64,000 nucleotides of DNA from an uncultured Gammaproteobacteria bacterium (GCA_964397195.1 CAYNGY010000002.1:180012-244011); one strand, 5' to 3'; numbered from the stretch's first letter, positions 16,661-25,510 are shown. The notes: generated by a model from the letters alone, not told the origin. Translations and numbers: made by a program.

Positions 16661-17766
16661 GAAACATGCTCGTAGTCGCTCCGGTGTTGGCGTTGAGTTT
16701 TTTAGCCGCGCCGGCGCGGGCCGTGGAGCCATCCATACAATTCGTCCCGCAAGTTGGCTTTACGCGACCGGGCGAGACGCTGACGGTTGATGTCCGACTG
16801 ACGAACCTAGATCAGCCAATTAACGCCGTTGACCTGTCAATCGGTTATCCAACCGATGTATTGCGACTTGATCGGATCGATCGTGAACGGTCAGCGTTCA
16901 CCCTATGGCCGGAGGAACCGCAAATTCAGTCAGCGTCGGGCGTGGCGCATGTTGTAGGCGGTCTGCCGAACGGTCTCTATGCGCATGACGCCCGGGTGGT
17001 GACGCTCCGATTTACAACGCGTCATGCTGGCCAAGGCGCCTTTCGCATCGTGGCCGGTAAGGTCTACCTCAATGATGGACTTGGTACGGCAGTGCCTATT
17101 GTCGCCGAACAGACAGCGGTTACGGTACAGAGTGAATTTCTCGATCATATTCAGCTGACGTCGTCGCATCATCCGAATGATGGCGCATGGAGTGCGGAAC
17201 GGACCGTCGATATTTCATGGGTCGCCGAGGCCGGACGACAATACAGTTACATTTTTGATGCGGACGGAACCATCGCTCCCGATACCCACCTGGATGAAAT
17301 CAAACCGTTGCTCTTTACGGATCTTGCCGACGGTCGATATTCATTCGCTATTATTTCGCGTGGCGCTGACGGTCTATGGTCTCCAGTTACCCAGCGTTGG
17401 TTTCTGATTGACGGCACTGCCCCGGAGGTACCAATCCTGGTCCACCCCGATCCGACGACCGTGAACGGGGCGAATCTTCTGGCCTGGTCAGCTGTTGATC
17501 GAATGTCGGGCATTGTCCGATCCGAACTGTACGTCGGTGGAAAAAAACAGGGCGATGTTGAGAGTCCCGTTCGATTACAATCTCGTTGGGCCGGTCAGAC
17601 GCTGACCATCCGGGCGTACGACGCGGCGGGGAATAGCCAAGCAGCGTCTTGGGTCATGCCGGGTATGCGCCAACCGAGCTGGGTAACGCTTGGGGCTGGC
17701 GGTGGTGGCCTATTACTTCTCCTGTTCGTGCTGGTCATCATATTCCGACAACGACGTCGAACATGA
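16648..17766 (+). CDS. Membrane-anchored protein with a signal peptide, a cohesin-like domain, an FN3/Ig-like domain and a C-terminal transmembrane helix. This is paralog 1 of 3.
   Basis: The N-terminal domain VEPSIQFVPQVGFTRPGETLTVDVRLTNLDQPINAVDLSIGYPTDVLRL...VTLRFTTRHAGQGAFRI fits the cohesin strand pattern. A C-terminal GGGGLLLLLFVLVIIF transmembrane segment is followed by RQRRRT. The start overlaps the upstream stop. Confidence 0.6.
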   Translation: MDKLRNMLVVAPVLALSFLAAPARAVEPSIQFVPQVGFTRPGETLTVDVRLTNLDQPINAVDLSIGYPTDVLRLDRIDRERSAFTLWPEEPQIQSASGVAHVVGGLPNGLYAHDARVVTLRFTTRHAGQGAFRIVAGKVYLNDGLGTAVPIVAEQTAVTVQSEFLDHIQLTSSHHPNDGAWSAERTVDISWVAEAGRQYSYIFDADGTIAPDTHLDEIKPLLFTDLADGRYSFAIISRGADGLWSPVTQRWFLIDGTAPEVPILVHPDPTTVNGANLLAWSAVDRMSGIVRSELYVGGKKQGDVESPVRLQSRWAGQTLTIRAYDAAGNSQAASWVMPGMRQPSWVTLGAGGGGLLLLLFVLVIIFRQRRRT

Positions 17767-17782
17767 TATACTCTGTTCAAAT

Positions 17783-19153
17783 ATGCACCGTTTTTCTCGA
17801 GTAGTGCGTGGATTAACATCGGGGCTTGCTGCGGCCTTTTTGACAGTCGTTTTTTTGTCGCGTCCGACGGCCGCCGCGGCAGCTGGGGCGTCGTTAAAAT
17901 TGTCGCCGAGTAGCGGGACCTATGAGGTCGGGTCGTTGGTGGATATTTCGATGATGGTTGATACTGGCGGCGAGTCAATAAATGCAGTCGCGGCCACGTT
18001 GCGTTTTCCGGCCGATAAACTTCAGGTTGTAAATCCGGCGGCGAGCACGTCGTTCATTTCTATTTGGGTCAATGCGCCTACCTATTCAAATACCGACGGA
18101 ACCGTTTCGTTCCAAGGCGGTTTGCCGAATCCGGGTATCAAAACGAGCGCCGGCGTCATTAGTACGATTTCCTTCCGCGTCAAGGTGCCGGGCACGGCGA
18201 CCCTTAAGTTCGATCCGAACGCAAGCATTTTACGCAACGACGGACAGGGGACAAATATTCTGACCTCTACAAGCTCGGCTGACCTGACACTCAAGGTGCC
18301 GCCGCCGGCGGGACCAGTTGTCAGTAGTCCGACGCACAGCGATCAAAATGCTTGGTACAATAATGGGCAAGTTCAGTTTACTTGGGAGGCGATTGATGGC
18401 GCGGTAGGGTACAGCTATGTGTTTGATCAGTCGCCAAAAACAATTCCGAATGAGACGATCAACTCGGCTCTTCACGCGGTGAGCGTCAAAGCGGCCAATG
18501 ATGGGATTTGGTTTTTTCACATCCGCTCGAAAACTGATTCATGGGGCGGAGTGACAACATTTCCGGTTCAGATCGACACGACGGCTCCGGCCACCTTCGG
18601 TCCGGTCATCGACCAAGATCCCTTAACCACCGAAGACTCCGGGATAGTACGATTTGCCACGACTGATGCGGCCTCCGGGATTGATCACTACGAAGTGAAA
18701 ACGGTAGCGCAGTCAGGCGGATCAACGGCGCAGAATACGCTGTTCGTTGAAGCGAGTAGTCCATTTTCACTACCGAAACTGTCGGCCGGAACGTATACGG
18801 TGATTGTCCGGGCCATTGACCGGGCCGGAAATGCCTACGATGGGACTCGCTCTGTGCAGGTTGTGAGCGGTGGTGTACCATTCTATTCGCGGGTTCCATT
18901 CCTTCGGGATCCGGCGGTTGCTAACGCCGTCCTGATCGTCCTCGGTGTTATTACCACGACGCTCCTCTCGAGTCTCTTGCTCCGTCGAGTGCGGTTACGT
19001 GCAACCTTCCATCACGACTTGGAGATGCTCGAACACGATGCGCAGAAGAAAGCGGCAGTGCTTCAGCGGGAATTAGATGAGCTTCGTCGCGCGCAGCAGA
19101 TGTTCCCGGCGCCGCCCCAAAACCAACCACATGACCAACACCCAACGCCTTAG
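17783..19153 (+). CDS. Membrane-anchored cohesin-like-domain protein, paralog 2 of 3, with an FN3-like domain, a transmembrane helix and a coiled-coil cytoplasmic tail.
   Basis: The start was chosen at MHRFSRVV, just after the previous stop at 17766. The ORF-track start at 17690 overlaps the previous gene. The cohesin-like block is LKLSPSSGTYEVGSLVDISMMVDTGGESINAVAATLRFPADKLQVV...ISFRVKVPGTATLKF. The transmembrane segment is AVLIVLGVITTTLLSSLLL. The tail is ELDELRRAQQ. Confidence 0.6.
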   Translation: MHRFSRVVRGLTSGLAAAFLTVVFLSRPTAAAAAGASLKLSPSSGTYEVGSLVDISMMVDTGGESINAVAATLRFPADKLQVVNPAASTSFISIWVNAPTYSNTDGTVSFQGGLPNPGIKTSAGVISTISFRVKVPGTATLKFDPNASILRNDGQGTNILTSTSSADLTLKVPPPAGPVVSSPTHSDQNAWYNNGQVQFTWEAIDGAVGYSYVFDQSPKTIPNETINSALHAVSVKAANDGIWFFHIRSKTDSWGGVTTFPVQIDTTAPATFGPVIDQDPLTTEDSGIVRFATTDAASGIDHYEVKTVAQSGGSTAQNTLFVEASSPFSLPKLSAGTYTVIVRAIDRAGNAYDGTRSVQVVSGGVPFYSRVPFLRDPAVANAVLIVLGVITTTLLSSLLLRRVRLRATFHHDLEMLEHDAQKKAAVLQRELDELRRAQQMFPAPPQNQPHDQHPTP

Positions 19154-20813
19154 TTTTATCGGGTTCCTCGCGGTCGGCTTGTTCAGTCTGCCACTGTTTG
19201 CGCAGGCCGCGTCGCTCGGGCTGTCGCCATCGTCGACCTCGGTCACGGTCGGGAAATCGTTTAGTGTGACCGCGCGAGTGAATGCTGGCGGTGAAGCCAT
19301 TAACGCCGCTGAGGGGACGATCATGTATCCGACCCAGCTCCTGAAATTAACCAGCGTCTCGAAGTCCGGGTCTATTTTTACCTTCTGGGCGCTTGAACCA
19401 CGAGCGAGTTCGTCGGGGCAGGTCAGCTTCATTGGCGGTCTGCCGCATCCGGGGTATACGGGCAGTGCCGGGACGATTGTCCGTATGACCTTCACTGCTT
19501 CGGCGACCGGCACGGCCACAATTTCGTATGGTGGCGGAAAAGTGCTCGCTGATGATGGGAATGGGACAAATATTTTATCGAGTCAGGGATCAGCCACGGT
19601 GCATATCACGGAGCCAGGATCAGCGACACCGTCGACACCCGCCGAGCCGCCGTCGACACCACGTCCAATTCCGGGTCTTTCCTCGACGACGCACCCGAAA
19701 CAGACGGAGTGGCTATCAAAGACAGCCGGGACGTTGCAAATTTCTAAGCCAAGTGGTTCGACCGGGTTCAGTTTTGTCATTGACCAGAAAGCATCGACCG
19801 CGCCTGATGAGAGTGTTGATACAACGGCTGGTAGTATTGATGTGCCATTAGCCAGCGATGGGGTGTGGTACGTCCATGTTCGGGCCAAGTACGCTACTGG
19901 GTGGAGCAATACCACATCGTACATCTTCCGACGAGATACGGCGGCCCCGCAGCCGTTTACCGTGACCGTCGAACAAGACCGTGGGGTGACCGATCCGACG
20001 CCAACCATTGTCTTTTCGGCGCACGATGTTTCAAGTGGTATCGCGGGGTATACGGTTTCGGTGGATGGCGGCGCCCCAGTTGCGGCGGTGAGTCCATATC
20101 AGCTCTCGTCACTTCTCCCCGGAGCACATCGGGTGCTGGTGGTTGCAGTCGACCAGGCTGGGTTAGCGCAAACCGCGTCGGCGGATGTATTACTGACCGG
20201 CTACCCGGTGCCGAGCATTGACTCGCTGACAACCCCAATCATGTTGATGGAGAGTTTCTCCATGAATGGGCTGGCGTTAGCCGGTGATATTGTGATTATT
20301 GCCGTGGACGGACAAACCGTTGGTCAAACGGTGGCGAAGCGCGCCGACACGACTGATGAAGATCAGGTACTCGTCCGTGTGCCCTGGACCTACACATCGA
20401 CCATGTTGTTGCGACCGGGCACCCACACGGTGACCGTCACGGCCGTTGGGTCGGATGGCCAGCGGAGCGTGGCCACTGATCCGCGATCGCTCCACGTGGT
20501 TGGAGGAACAATGATGTTTCGGGGTCGACCCGTGGCGACGATCGCGCTGGCTCCGGCCATTGGGATTGGTATTATCCTGGTTCTCTTTTTGAACGCGGCC
20601 GTCTTCGCAAAACTCTGGTGGAGTGTGCGAAAAGTGGTTCAACGCGATGATCGGGTAGAGGATGAGCTCGAGGGTCTGCGCCAGCGGATTCGTCACGATC
20701 GACTGACCACCACGGAACTGGATGAAAAAATCCAATTTATTGAAGCCGATCTTGCCGGACGCGTGCGGAAAGCACGACGACGTACGGGGAGTCGTCGCGG
20801 ACAGAGCGTATGA
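19131..20813 (+). CDS. Membrane-anchored cohesin-like-domain protein, paralog 3 of 3, with a Pro/Thr linker, two Ig/FN3-like domains, a transmembrane helix and a coiled-coil tail.
   Basis: The start was chosen at MTNTQRLSF (ATG 19131), which overlaps the upstream stop at 19151-19153. The cohesin-like block is LGLSPSSTSVTVGKSFSVTARVNAGGEAINAAEGTIMYPTQLLKL...MTFTASATGTATISYG. The transmembrane segment is IALAPAIGIGIILVLFLNAAVF. The tail is charged (VEDELEGLRQRIRHDRL). Confidence 0.6.
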   Translation: MTNTQRLSFIGFLAVGLFSLPLFAQAASLGLSPSSTSVTVGKSFSVTARVNAGGEAINAAEGTIMYPTQLLKLTSVSKSGSIFTFWALEPRASSSGQVSFIGGLPHPGYTGSAGTIVRMTFTASATGTATISYGGGKVLADDGNGTNILSSQGSATVHITEPGSATPSTPAEPPSTPRPIPGLSSTTHPKQTEWLSKTAGTLQISKPSGSTGFSFVIDQKASTAPDESVDTTAGSIDVPLASDGVWYVHVRAKYATGWSNTTSYIFRRDTAAPQPFTVTVEQDRGVTDPTPTIVFSAHDVSSGIAGYTVSVDGGAPVAAVSPYQLSSLLPGAHRVLVVAVDQAGLAQTASADVLLTGYPVPSIDSLTTPIMLMESFSMNGLALAGDIVIIAVDGQTVGQTVAKRADTTDEDQVLVRVPWTYTSTMLLRPGTHTVTVTAVGSDGQRSVATDPRSLHVVGGTMMFRGRPVATIALAPAIGIGIILVLFLNAAVFAKLWWSVRKVVQRDDRVEDELEGLRQRIRHDRLTTTELDEKIQFIEADLAGRVRKARRRTGSRRGQSV

Positions 20814-21520
20814 ATTCGGTTTGGATCGTAACGCCGACGTATAACGAGCGGGAGAATATTCGGACACATATATCCGGGCTACGGGCGACAGTGCCGCAGG
20901 CGACGCTATTGGTAGTGGATGATTCTTCGCCTGATGGAACGGGGGCGGTGGTTGACGAGCTGGCGACTGGTGACGCGCAAGTGCGCGTTCTTCATCGCCA
21001 ACAGAAGGCCGGGCTCGGTCTGGCCTATATGGAAGGATTACGGATGGCGCTAGCGGCGGGGGCGACGCAGATCGTCCATTTAGATGCAGACGGCTCACAC
21101 CCGATTGATCTGATCCCGTCACTGCTCGCAGCGCTTGAGACCGCCGATTTGGCGATCGGGTCGCGTTACGTTCAGGGCGGGTCGATGCATATAGATATTT
21201 TCCGTCGGCAGGTGAGCAACCTAGGAAACATATATATCCGGTCGCTCTTAGGCCGAGCGATTCATGATTGGAGCACTGGGTTTAAGGCCTGGCGTCGGGC
21301 GTCGCTTGAAGGGGTCCTAGCCGTGCCCCCGCGGGCCCATGGGTATGCCTGGTTGATGGAGACGAGTTGGTTAGCGGTGCGAGCCGGGGCGCGGGTGACC
21401 GAAATACCGTTGGTTTTTCAGTCCCGCCAACGCGGCGAGTCGAAATTTTCCCTGACTATTGCCAAGGAAGACCTTCAAGTGGCCTGGCGTCTCGCGCGGG
21501 GTCGGACCCTTGCGGAATGA
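20810..21520 (+). CDS. GT2-family glycosyltransferase, of the dolichyl/polyprenyl-phosphate mannose (or glucose) synthase type.
   Basis: The sequence shows VTPTYNERENI, a DDSSPDGT motif, and DADGSH (the DxD region). The ATGA start/stop overlap with the upstream gene suggests translational coupling. Confidence 0.75.
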   Translation: MNSVWIVTPTYNERENIRTHISGLRATVPQATLLVVDDSSPDGTGAVVDELATGDAQVRVLHRQQKAGLGLAYMEGLRMALAAGATQIVHLDADGSHPIDLIPSLLAALETADLAIGSRYVQGGSMHIDIFRRQVSNLGNIYIRSLLGRAIHDWSTGFKAWRRASLEGVLAVPPRAHGYAWLMETSWLAVRAGARVTEIPLVFQSRQRGESKFSLTIAKEDLQVAWRLARGRTLAE

Positions 21521-21538
21521 CCTCAGACATGGTATACT
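21510..21538 (+). promoter_or_regulatory. Promoter for tRNA-Val: -35 TTGCGG, a 17-nt spacer, and an extended -10 TGgTATACT.
   Basis: TTGCGG lies at 21510-21515 and TGGTATACT at 21530-21538. It is about 40 nt upstream of the tRNA 5' end. The same TGGTA(T/A)A motif precedes ftsZ, rpsU and the 45232 gene. Confidence 0.5.
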
Positions 21539-21577
21539 GTGCCCATTCGTCGCGCATTCCGCGATTTTCACGGTCGC

Positions 21578-21654
21578 GGGTGATTAGCTCAGTTGGTTAG
21601 AGCGCGCCGTTCACATCGGCGAGGTCTCAGGTTCAAATCCTGAATCACCCACCA
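21578..21654 (+). tRNA. tRNA-Val (anticodon CAC), with an encoded CCA end.
   Basis: The sequence is GGGTGATTAGCTCAGTTGGTTAGAGCGCGCCGTTCACATCGGCGAGGTCTCAGGTTCAAATCCTGAATCACCCACCA. The acceptor stem is GGGTGAT/ATCACCC. The anticodon loop is TTCACAT. The T-loop is GGTTCAAATCC. Confidence 0.85.
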
Positions 21655-21671
21655 GACAGATTTTTTATCAC

Positions 21672-22382
21672 ATGCCACCAAAAAGCTCGCCACCATCACA
21701 CCCACTCGGTGACCCCAAAGCATTTCGCGGCTATAGCACGCGACTCAAGAAGCTAGCGGAGAGCGAGAAGCGGAGCGATTTTTTGCCCCCAATTGAGCGT
21801 TCGATTGGATCGTTTGTTGTTGAGCTCCTGAAGATCATCGTTTTGGCGTTCGTCATCATCATCCCAATTCGTCTCTACGTCCTGCAGCCGTTCTATGTTC
21901 GTGGGGCGTCGATGGAACCGAATTTTGAGGATAATCAGTATTTGATTATTGACGAACTTTCGTATCGTTTTCACCACCCGCATCGCGGGGATGTGATTGT
22001 CCTGCACAACCCGAGCTTACCGAGCGAATTCCTGATTAAGCGCGTGATCGGACTCCCGGGTGAACACATCGTGATCGCCAACGGCAAAGTCTCGGTCTAT
22101 CAGCCGGATAACGGTGCGGGCGGAAAAATTGATGAGAGCGCCTACCTCCCGAAAGGGCGAAGCACGTTCGGCAGTATCGATCTTGTCCTAGGGAGCGATG
22201 AATATTACGTCTTGGGCGACAATCGCCAATTCAGCCTTGATTCACGGAGCTTCGGGCCGGTGGCGCGCCGCGAAATCATCGGTCGCACGGCACTTCGTGC
22301 TTGGCCGCTGACCGTAGTCGATGTTTTCGGCCGAGTCCAGGTTCCTATCTCAACTTCAACGACGACTACTACTACTCCATAG
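21672..22382 (+). CDS. lepB: Signal peptidase I.
   Basis: The conserved boxes are all present: GASMEPNF (Ser nucleophile), KRVIGLPGE (Lys general base), and GDNRQFSLDSR. Confidence 0.9.
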   Translation: MPPKSSPPSHPLGDPKAFRGYSTRLKKLAESEKRSDFLPPIERSIGSFVVELLKIIVLAFVIIIPIRLYVLQPFYVRGASMEPNFEDNQYLIIDELSYRFHHPHRGDVIVLHNPSLPSEFLIKRVIGLPGEHIVIANGKVSVYQPDNGAGGKIDESAYLPKGRSTFGSIDLVLGSDEYYVLGDNRQFSLDSRSFGPVARREIIGRTALRAWPLTVVDVFGRVQVPISTSTTTTTTP

Positions 22383-22384
22383 CT

Positions 22385-23788
22385 ATGGCCAGCCAAAATC
22401 CACCGCAGCTCCTGCGCGGTATGAAAGATATTCTCCCGACCGACCAGCCACACTGGTGGGCGACCTTTGATGCGGTCCGTCGGATCGCGACAAACTACGG
22501 CTTCGATCGGATTGAAACGCCGGTGCTCGAAGCGACATCATTATTTGTTCGGTCGGTTGGCGAGGGGACCGATATTGTCGGGAAGGAAATGTACAGTTTT
22601 GTCGATAAGGGTGGTGACAATGTCTGTTTGCGCCCGGAATACACGGCTAGCGTCGCTCGGACCTACATCGAGCACGGGATGTTGAACATGCCCCAGCCGG
22701 TGAAGCTGTGGTACTTTGGACCATGTTTCCGCCATGATCGCCCGCAAGCGGGGCGGTATCGTCAATTCTGGCAATTTGGCTTCGAGATTTTCGGGGCCGC
22801 TCACCCAATTTCTGATGCCCAGCTCATCTTAGCCGGCCGCTCCGTCTTCCGTTCGCTCGGGATCGAAACGGTGGTTCAGATTAACTGTTTGGGCGATAAG
22901 GCCGTCCGTCAGCAATATGGGAAAGCGCTCCAGGCGTATTTCCGAACGAAGAAATCCGAGTTGACCGAAGACCAGCGCCTGACGCTCCAAAAGAATCCGC
23001 TCCGACTCCTTGATAGTAAGGATCCGAAGCTGGTTGAATTGTTAGCCGACGCGCCGCAGATTGTTGACCATCTTGATGAGGCGTCGCGTCAGCATTTCGT
23101 CCAGGTTTTGGAATATCTCGACGAGGCGGAAGTGGCCTATAACTTGAATCCGCGCTTGGTGCGTGGACTTGATTACTATACGAAGACCGTGTTCGAATTC
23201 TGGGCGCAAAATGACGAGAGCGGACAATCGGCCTTGGGTGGTGGCGGTCGGTATGACACCCTAGTGGAGCAGCTTGGTGGGCAACCTACCCCATCGGCGG
23301 GCTTTGCCGTCGGGGTTGAGCGCCTGATCATGAAAGCCAAGGAGTTGTCGCCAAATCCATTGCCGATCGTTCGACCAGAGGTGTTTATGGCCCAACTCGG
23401 CGAACCAGCCCGAAAAAAGACGCTCAAGATCTTTGAGGCCCTTCAAGTGCGTGGGGTGCGTCTTTCGGAGGCAATGACCAAGGATGGCTTGAAACAGCAA
23501 CTGGAAGTGGCGAACCGCGTCGGCGCCCAATACACGCTGATTATCGGCCAAAAAGAGATCATGGACGATACGGTGCTGATTCGCGATATGGAGAATGGCA
23601 TCCAAGAGGTTGTACCGTACGATCGGATTGTTCCGGAGATCGTAAAGCGGATCGAGAAGAACCGCGCAGCCGGCATCGTGCCGGTGACCGGGGCGGTCAC
23701 ACCGGAAAAACTCGAATCGATGCCGTCGCTGGAAGAACAAGAACAGCCGGAGCTTCCGTTTGATGCGGCTAGCGAAAGCGATGAATAA
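22385..23788 (+). CDS. hisS: Histidine--tRNA ligase.
   Basis: The start was placed at MASQNPPQLLRGMKDILP, immediately after the lepB stop. The sequence shows class II aminoacyl-tRNA synthetase motifs and HisS-specific regions (RYDTLVEQLGG, GGGRYD). The ORF-track N-terminal extension overlaps lepB. Confidence 0.9.
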   Translation: MASQNPPQLLRGMKDILPTDQPHWWATFDAVRRIATNYGFDRIETPVLEATSLFVRSVGEGTDIVGKEMYSFVDKGGDNVCLRPEYTASVARTYIEHGMLNMPQPVKLWYFGPCFRHDRPQAGRYRQFWQFGFEIFGAAHPISDAQLILAGRSVFRSLGIETVVQINCLGDKAVRQQYGKALQAYFRTKKSELTEDQRLTLQKNPLRLLDSKDPKLVELLADAPQIVDHLDEASRQHFVQVLEYLDEAEVAYNLNPRLVRGLDYYTKTVFEFWAQNDESGQSALGGGGRYDTLVEQLGGQPTPSAGFAVGVERLIMKAKELSPNPLPIVRPEVFMAQLGEPARKKTLKIFEALQVRGVRLSEAMTKDGLKQQLEVANRVGAQYTLIIGQKEIMDDTVLIRDMENGIQEVVPYDRIVPEIVKRIEKNRAAGIVPVTGAVTPEKLESMPSLEEQEQPELPFDAASESDE

Positions 23789-24131
23789 TCCGGACTGTAT
23801 TTTCTGTCAGATTGCCGTCGGAACTATCCCGAAGGCGTTCACGTACCAAGATGACGAATATATGGTTTTCCCGGATATCCATCCGCTGGCGCCGACCCAT
23901 CTCTTAATCATCCCCAAAGATCACTGCATGCGCTCTGTGGCCGAGATGGAGCCTGATCAGCAGGGGATAGTGACCCGGATGATTGTCCTCGCCAAAAAGA
24001 TGGCTGAGGAGAGCGGCGTGGACAAAACCGGGTACCGCCTGGTTTTTAATGCACGCCATCATTCCGGACAAGAGGTTGATCATATCCATCTGCATTTGCT
24101 GGGTGGGGCGATGCTCGGTCCGGTTGCGTAG
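23781..24131 (+). CDS. HIT-family (histidine triad) nucleotide hydrolase.
   Basis: The HIT motif DHIHLHLLGG is present, preceded by CIFCQI. The likely start is MNNPDCIFCQ. Confidence 0.8.
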   Translation: MNNPDCIFCQIAVGTIPKAFTYQDDEYMVFPDIHPLAPTHLLIIPKDHCMRSVAEMEPDQQGIVTRMIVLAKKMAEESGVDKTGYRLVFNARHHSGQEVDHIHLHLLGGAMLGPVA

Positions 24132-24316
24132 AAAGGTAGTTTGTCGGGATTTCTTCTTCTCAGCTTCGCTGTTGACGTTTTGTACTAGGTTTGATAGGAC
24201 GTCTATGTTCGCCTGTTTTAGGTGAACGACGCTATTTCACAATTGTCTCGGATGGAATGTCCTGAGAAACTCTCGGGAATGGCCGCTGGGACACGTCCGC
24301 TCGACGACGTAGGTCG

Positions 24317-25294
24317 TTGGGTTTGGAGGACGGCATGAACCTCAAGGAGCTGTTCAAGGATCGGCATTACCGGTGCGACTGTGTCTCTCCGGAAGGCTGG
24401 TTCGATCAGCGATCGTGGGCGACCGGAAGGAAGATCTTCTGGATGATCACGCTCTTCATCGTCTCCGCTGGCTTCGACCTGCTCGCGATGACACTGCGGA
24501 TGAAGTATGGTGCCAACTCCGCGCCTGCGGATATGGCAAACGCTGCTGGTGTGTTTCTCTGGCTAGGCAGCCTCATCTTTTTCCTAGGGCTGGGCCCGGA
24601 GATGTTCGGGACGTGGCATTTCGCCTACAAGATGAAGGGCGAGTGGCACATCCACAACGACGATCCGCGCAGGCAACTCGGAACCACCACGCGGCGATGG
24701 GTCGCATGCGGCACGCACGTCGACTACACCAGCATCGTGAACACGATCGAGGGGCCGATCTTCCGCTTCCGGAACGGCGGCATCATGTTCAAGGCACTCT
24801 ACCGGTTCTTCCAGCGCCAGGATCCGAACCAGATCTTCTGGCCGGTCCATGGCGTCACCGGAAAGATCGTGGGCCCGATGCGTCTCGCTGACGCCTCGAG
24901 CATCTACGACGTTCGACTGTGCGGTGAGTATCGCGGCAAGCCTCATCAGCTCTGCGTCGATCTCGATCGTGCGTACGATCTGGCGACTCGCTTCCTGCGA
25001 TTCGGGGAGCCCTACGGACTGCTGGGCGACCTGTTCAGCGAGAGCGAGTACTACATTCGGCTCCGGCTGAGCGTCCAGGCGGTCTGCGTCTACCTCACGT
25101 CGACGCGTGACCGGCGTAGTTCGCCGGTCGGCAAGCACGCCCGAGAGCTGCTCGAGGCCGCACTGACCGACGATCTCGGTATCTCGATGGGCCCGCTGCA
25201 GCCGCGCCCCGACCACCACGAGCGCCTGGAACGCCTCGAACGGTTCGTCGCAGAACACGCGACACCGAAACCCGAAGCCGTCAACGTCGGCTAA
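24317..25294 (+). CDS. Compositionally foreign (GC3-rich) membrane-anchored protein of unknown function. It has two N-terminal transmembrane helices and a cytoplasmic domain.
   Basis: Codon usage shifts strongly to NNC/NNG (ctc, ttc, atc, gac, aag) relative to the flanking genes. The transmembrane segments are IFWMITLFIVSAGFDLLAM and VFLWLGSLIFFLGL. No recognisable motif was found. Confidence 0.45.
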   Translation: MGLEDGMNLKELFKDRHYRCDCVSPEGWFDQRSWATGRKIFWMITLFIVSAGFDLLAMTLRMKYGANSAPADMANAAGVFLWLGSLIFFLGLGPEMFGTWHFAYKMKGEWHIHNDDPRRQLGTTTRRWVACGTHVDYTSIVNTIEGPIFRFRNGGIMFKALYRFFQRQDPNQIFWPVHGVTGKIVGPMRLADASSIYDVRLCGEYRGKPHQLCVDLDRAYDLATRFLRFGEPYGLLGDLFSESEYYIRLRLSVQAVCVYLTSTRDRRSSPVGKHARELLEAALTDDLGISMGPLQPRPDHHERLERLERFVAEHATPKPEAVNVG

Positions 25295-25331
25295 GCGAAC
25301 CCTTTGTACGGACTGAGCAGGCCAGCTGCTT

Positions 25332-25364
25332 CCCGCCATGTCTTCGGACCTCTGGCGGGATTTT
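25332..25364 (+). terminator. Candidate intrinsic terminator: stem CCCGCCA/TGGCGGG followed by ATTTT.
   Basis: The 7-bp stem lies at 25332-25338 and 25353-25359, followed by a T-run. It sits downstream of the foreign ORF. Confidence 0.35.
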
Positions 25365-25416
25365 CATTCCTGGTTTGGAATGGGAGATTGCCTCATTTTT
25401 TGTTTTTTGTTCGGAT

Positions 25417-25445
25417 TTGACGGCACTGCCAGAAGATGGTAAAGT
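25417..25445 (+). promoter_or_regulatory. Promoter for rpsU: -35 TTGACG, a 17-nt spacer, and an extended -10 TGgTAAAGT.
   Basis: TTGACG lies at 25417-25422 and TAAAGT at 25440-25445, with an upstream TGg. A canonical AAAGGAGGTG Shine-Dalgarno sits before the ATG at 25511. Confidence 0.5.
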
Positions 25446-25510
25446 ATTTCCGCTTAGATTTGTATATATCCGATTCAATTCGGAATTCCTAAAGGAGGTG
25501 TTGACCCCAG

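Noticed and set aside
22301-22384. N-terminal extension of hisS in the ORF track (MAADRSRCFRPSPGSYLNFNDDYYYSIA).
   Set aside because: It overlaps the lepB 3' end. The HisS-homologous sequence begins at MASQNPPQLLRGMKDILP, right after the lepB stop.
24373-25339. Alternate-frame and antisense ORFs in the GC-rich islet (24373..24891, 24584..25339, 24849..25070).
   Set aside because: High GC suppresses stop codons in all frames. These ORFs are Arg/Pro/Ala-rich, as expected for out-of-frame translation of GC3-rich DNA. They overlap the motif-bearing membrane protein frame.
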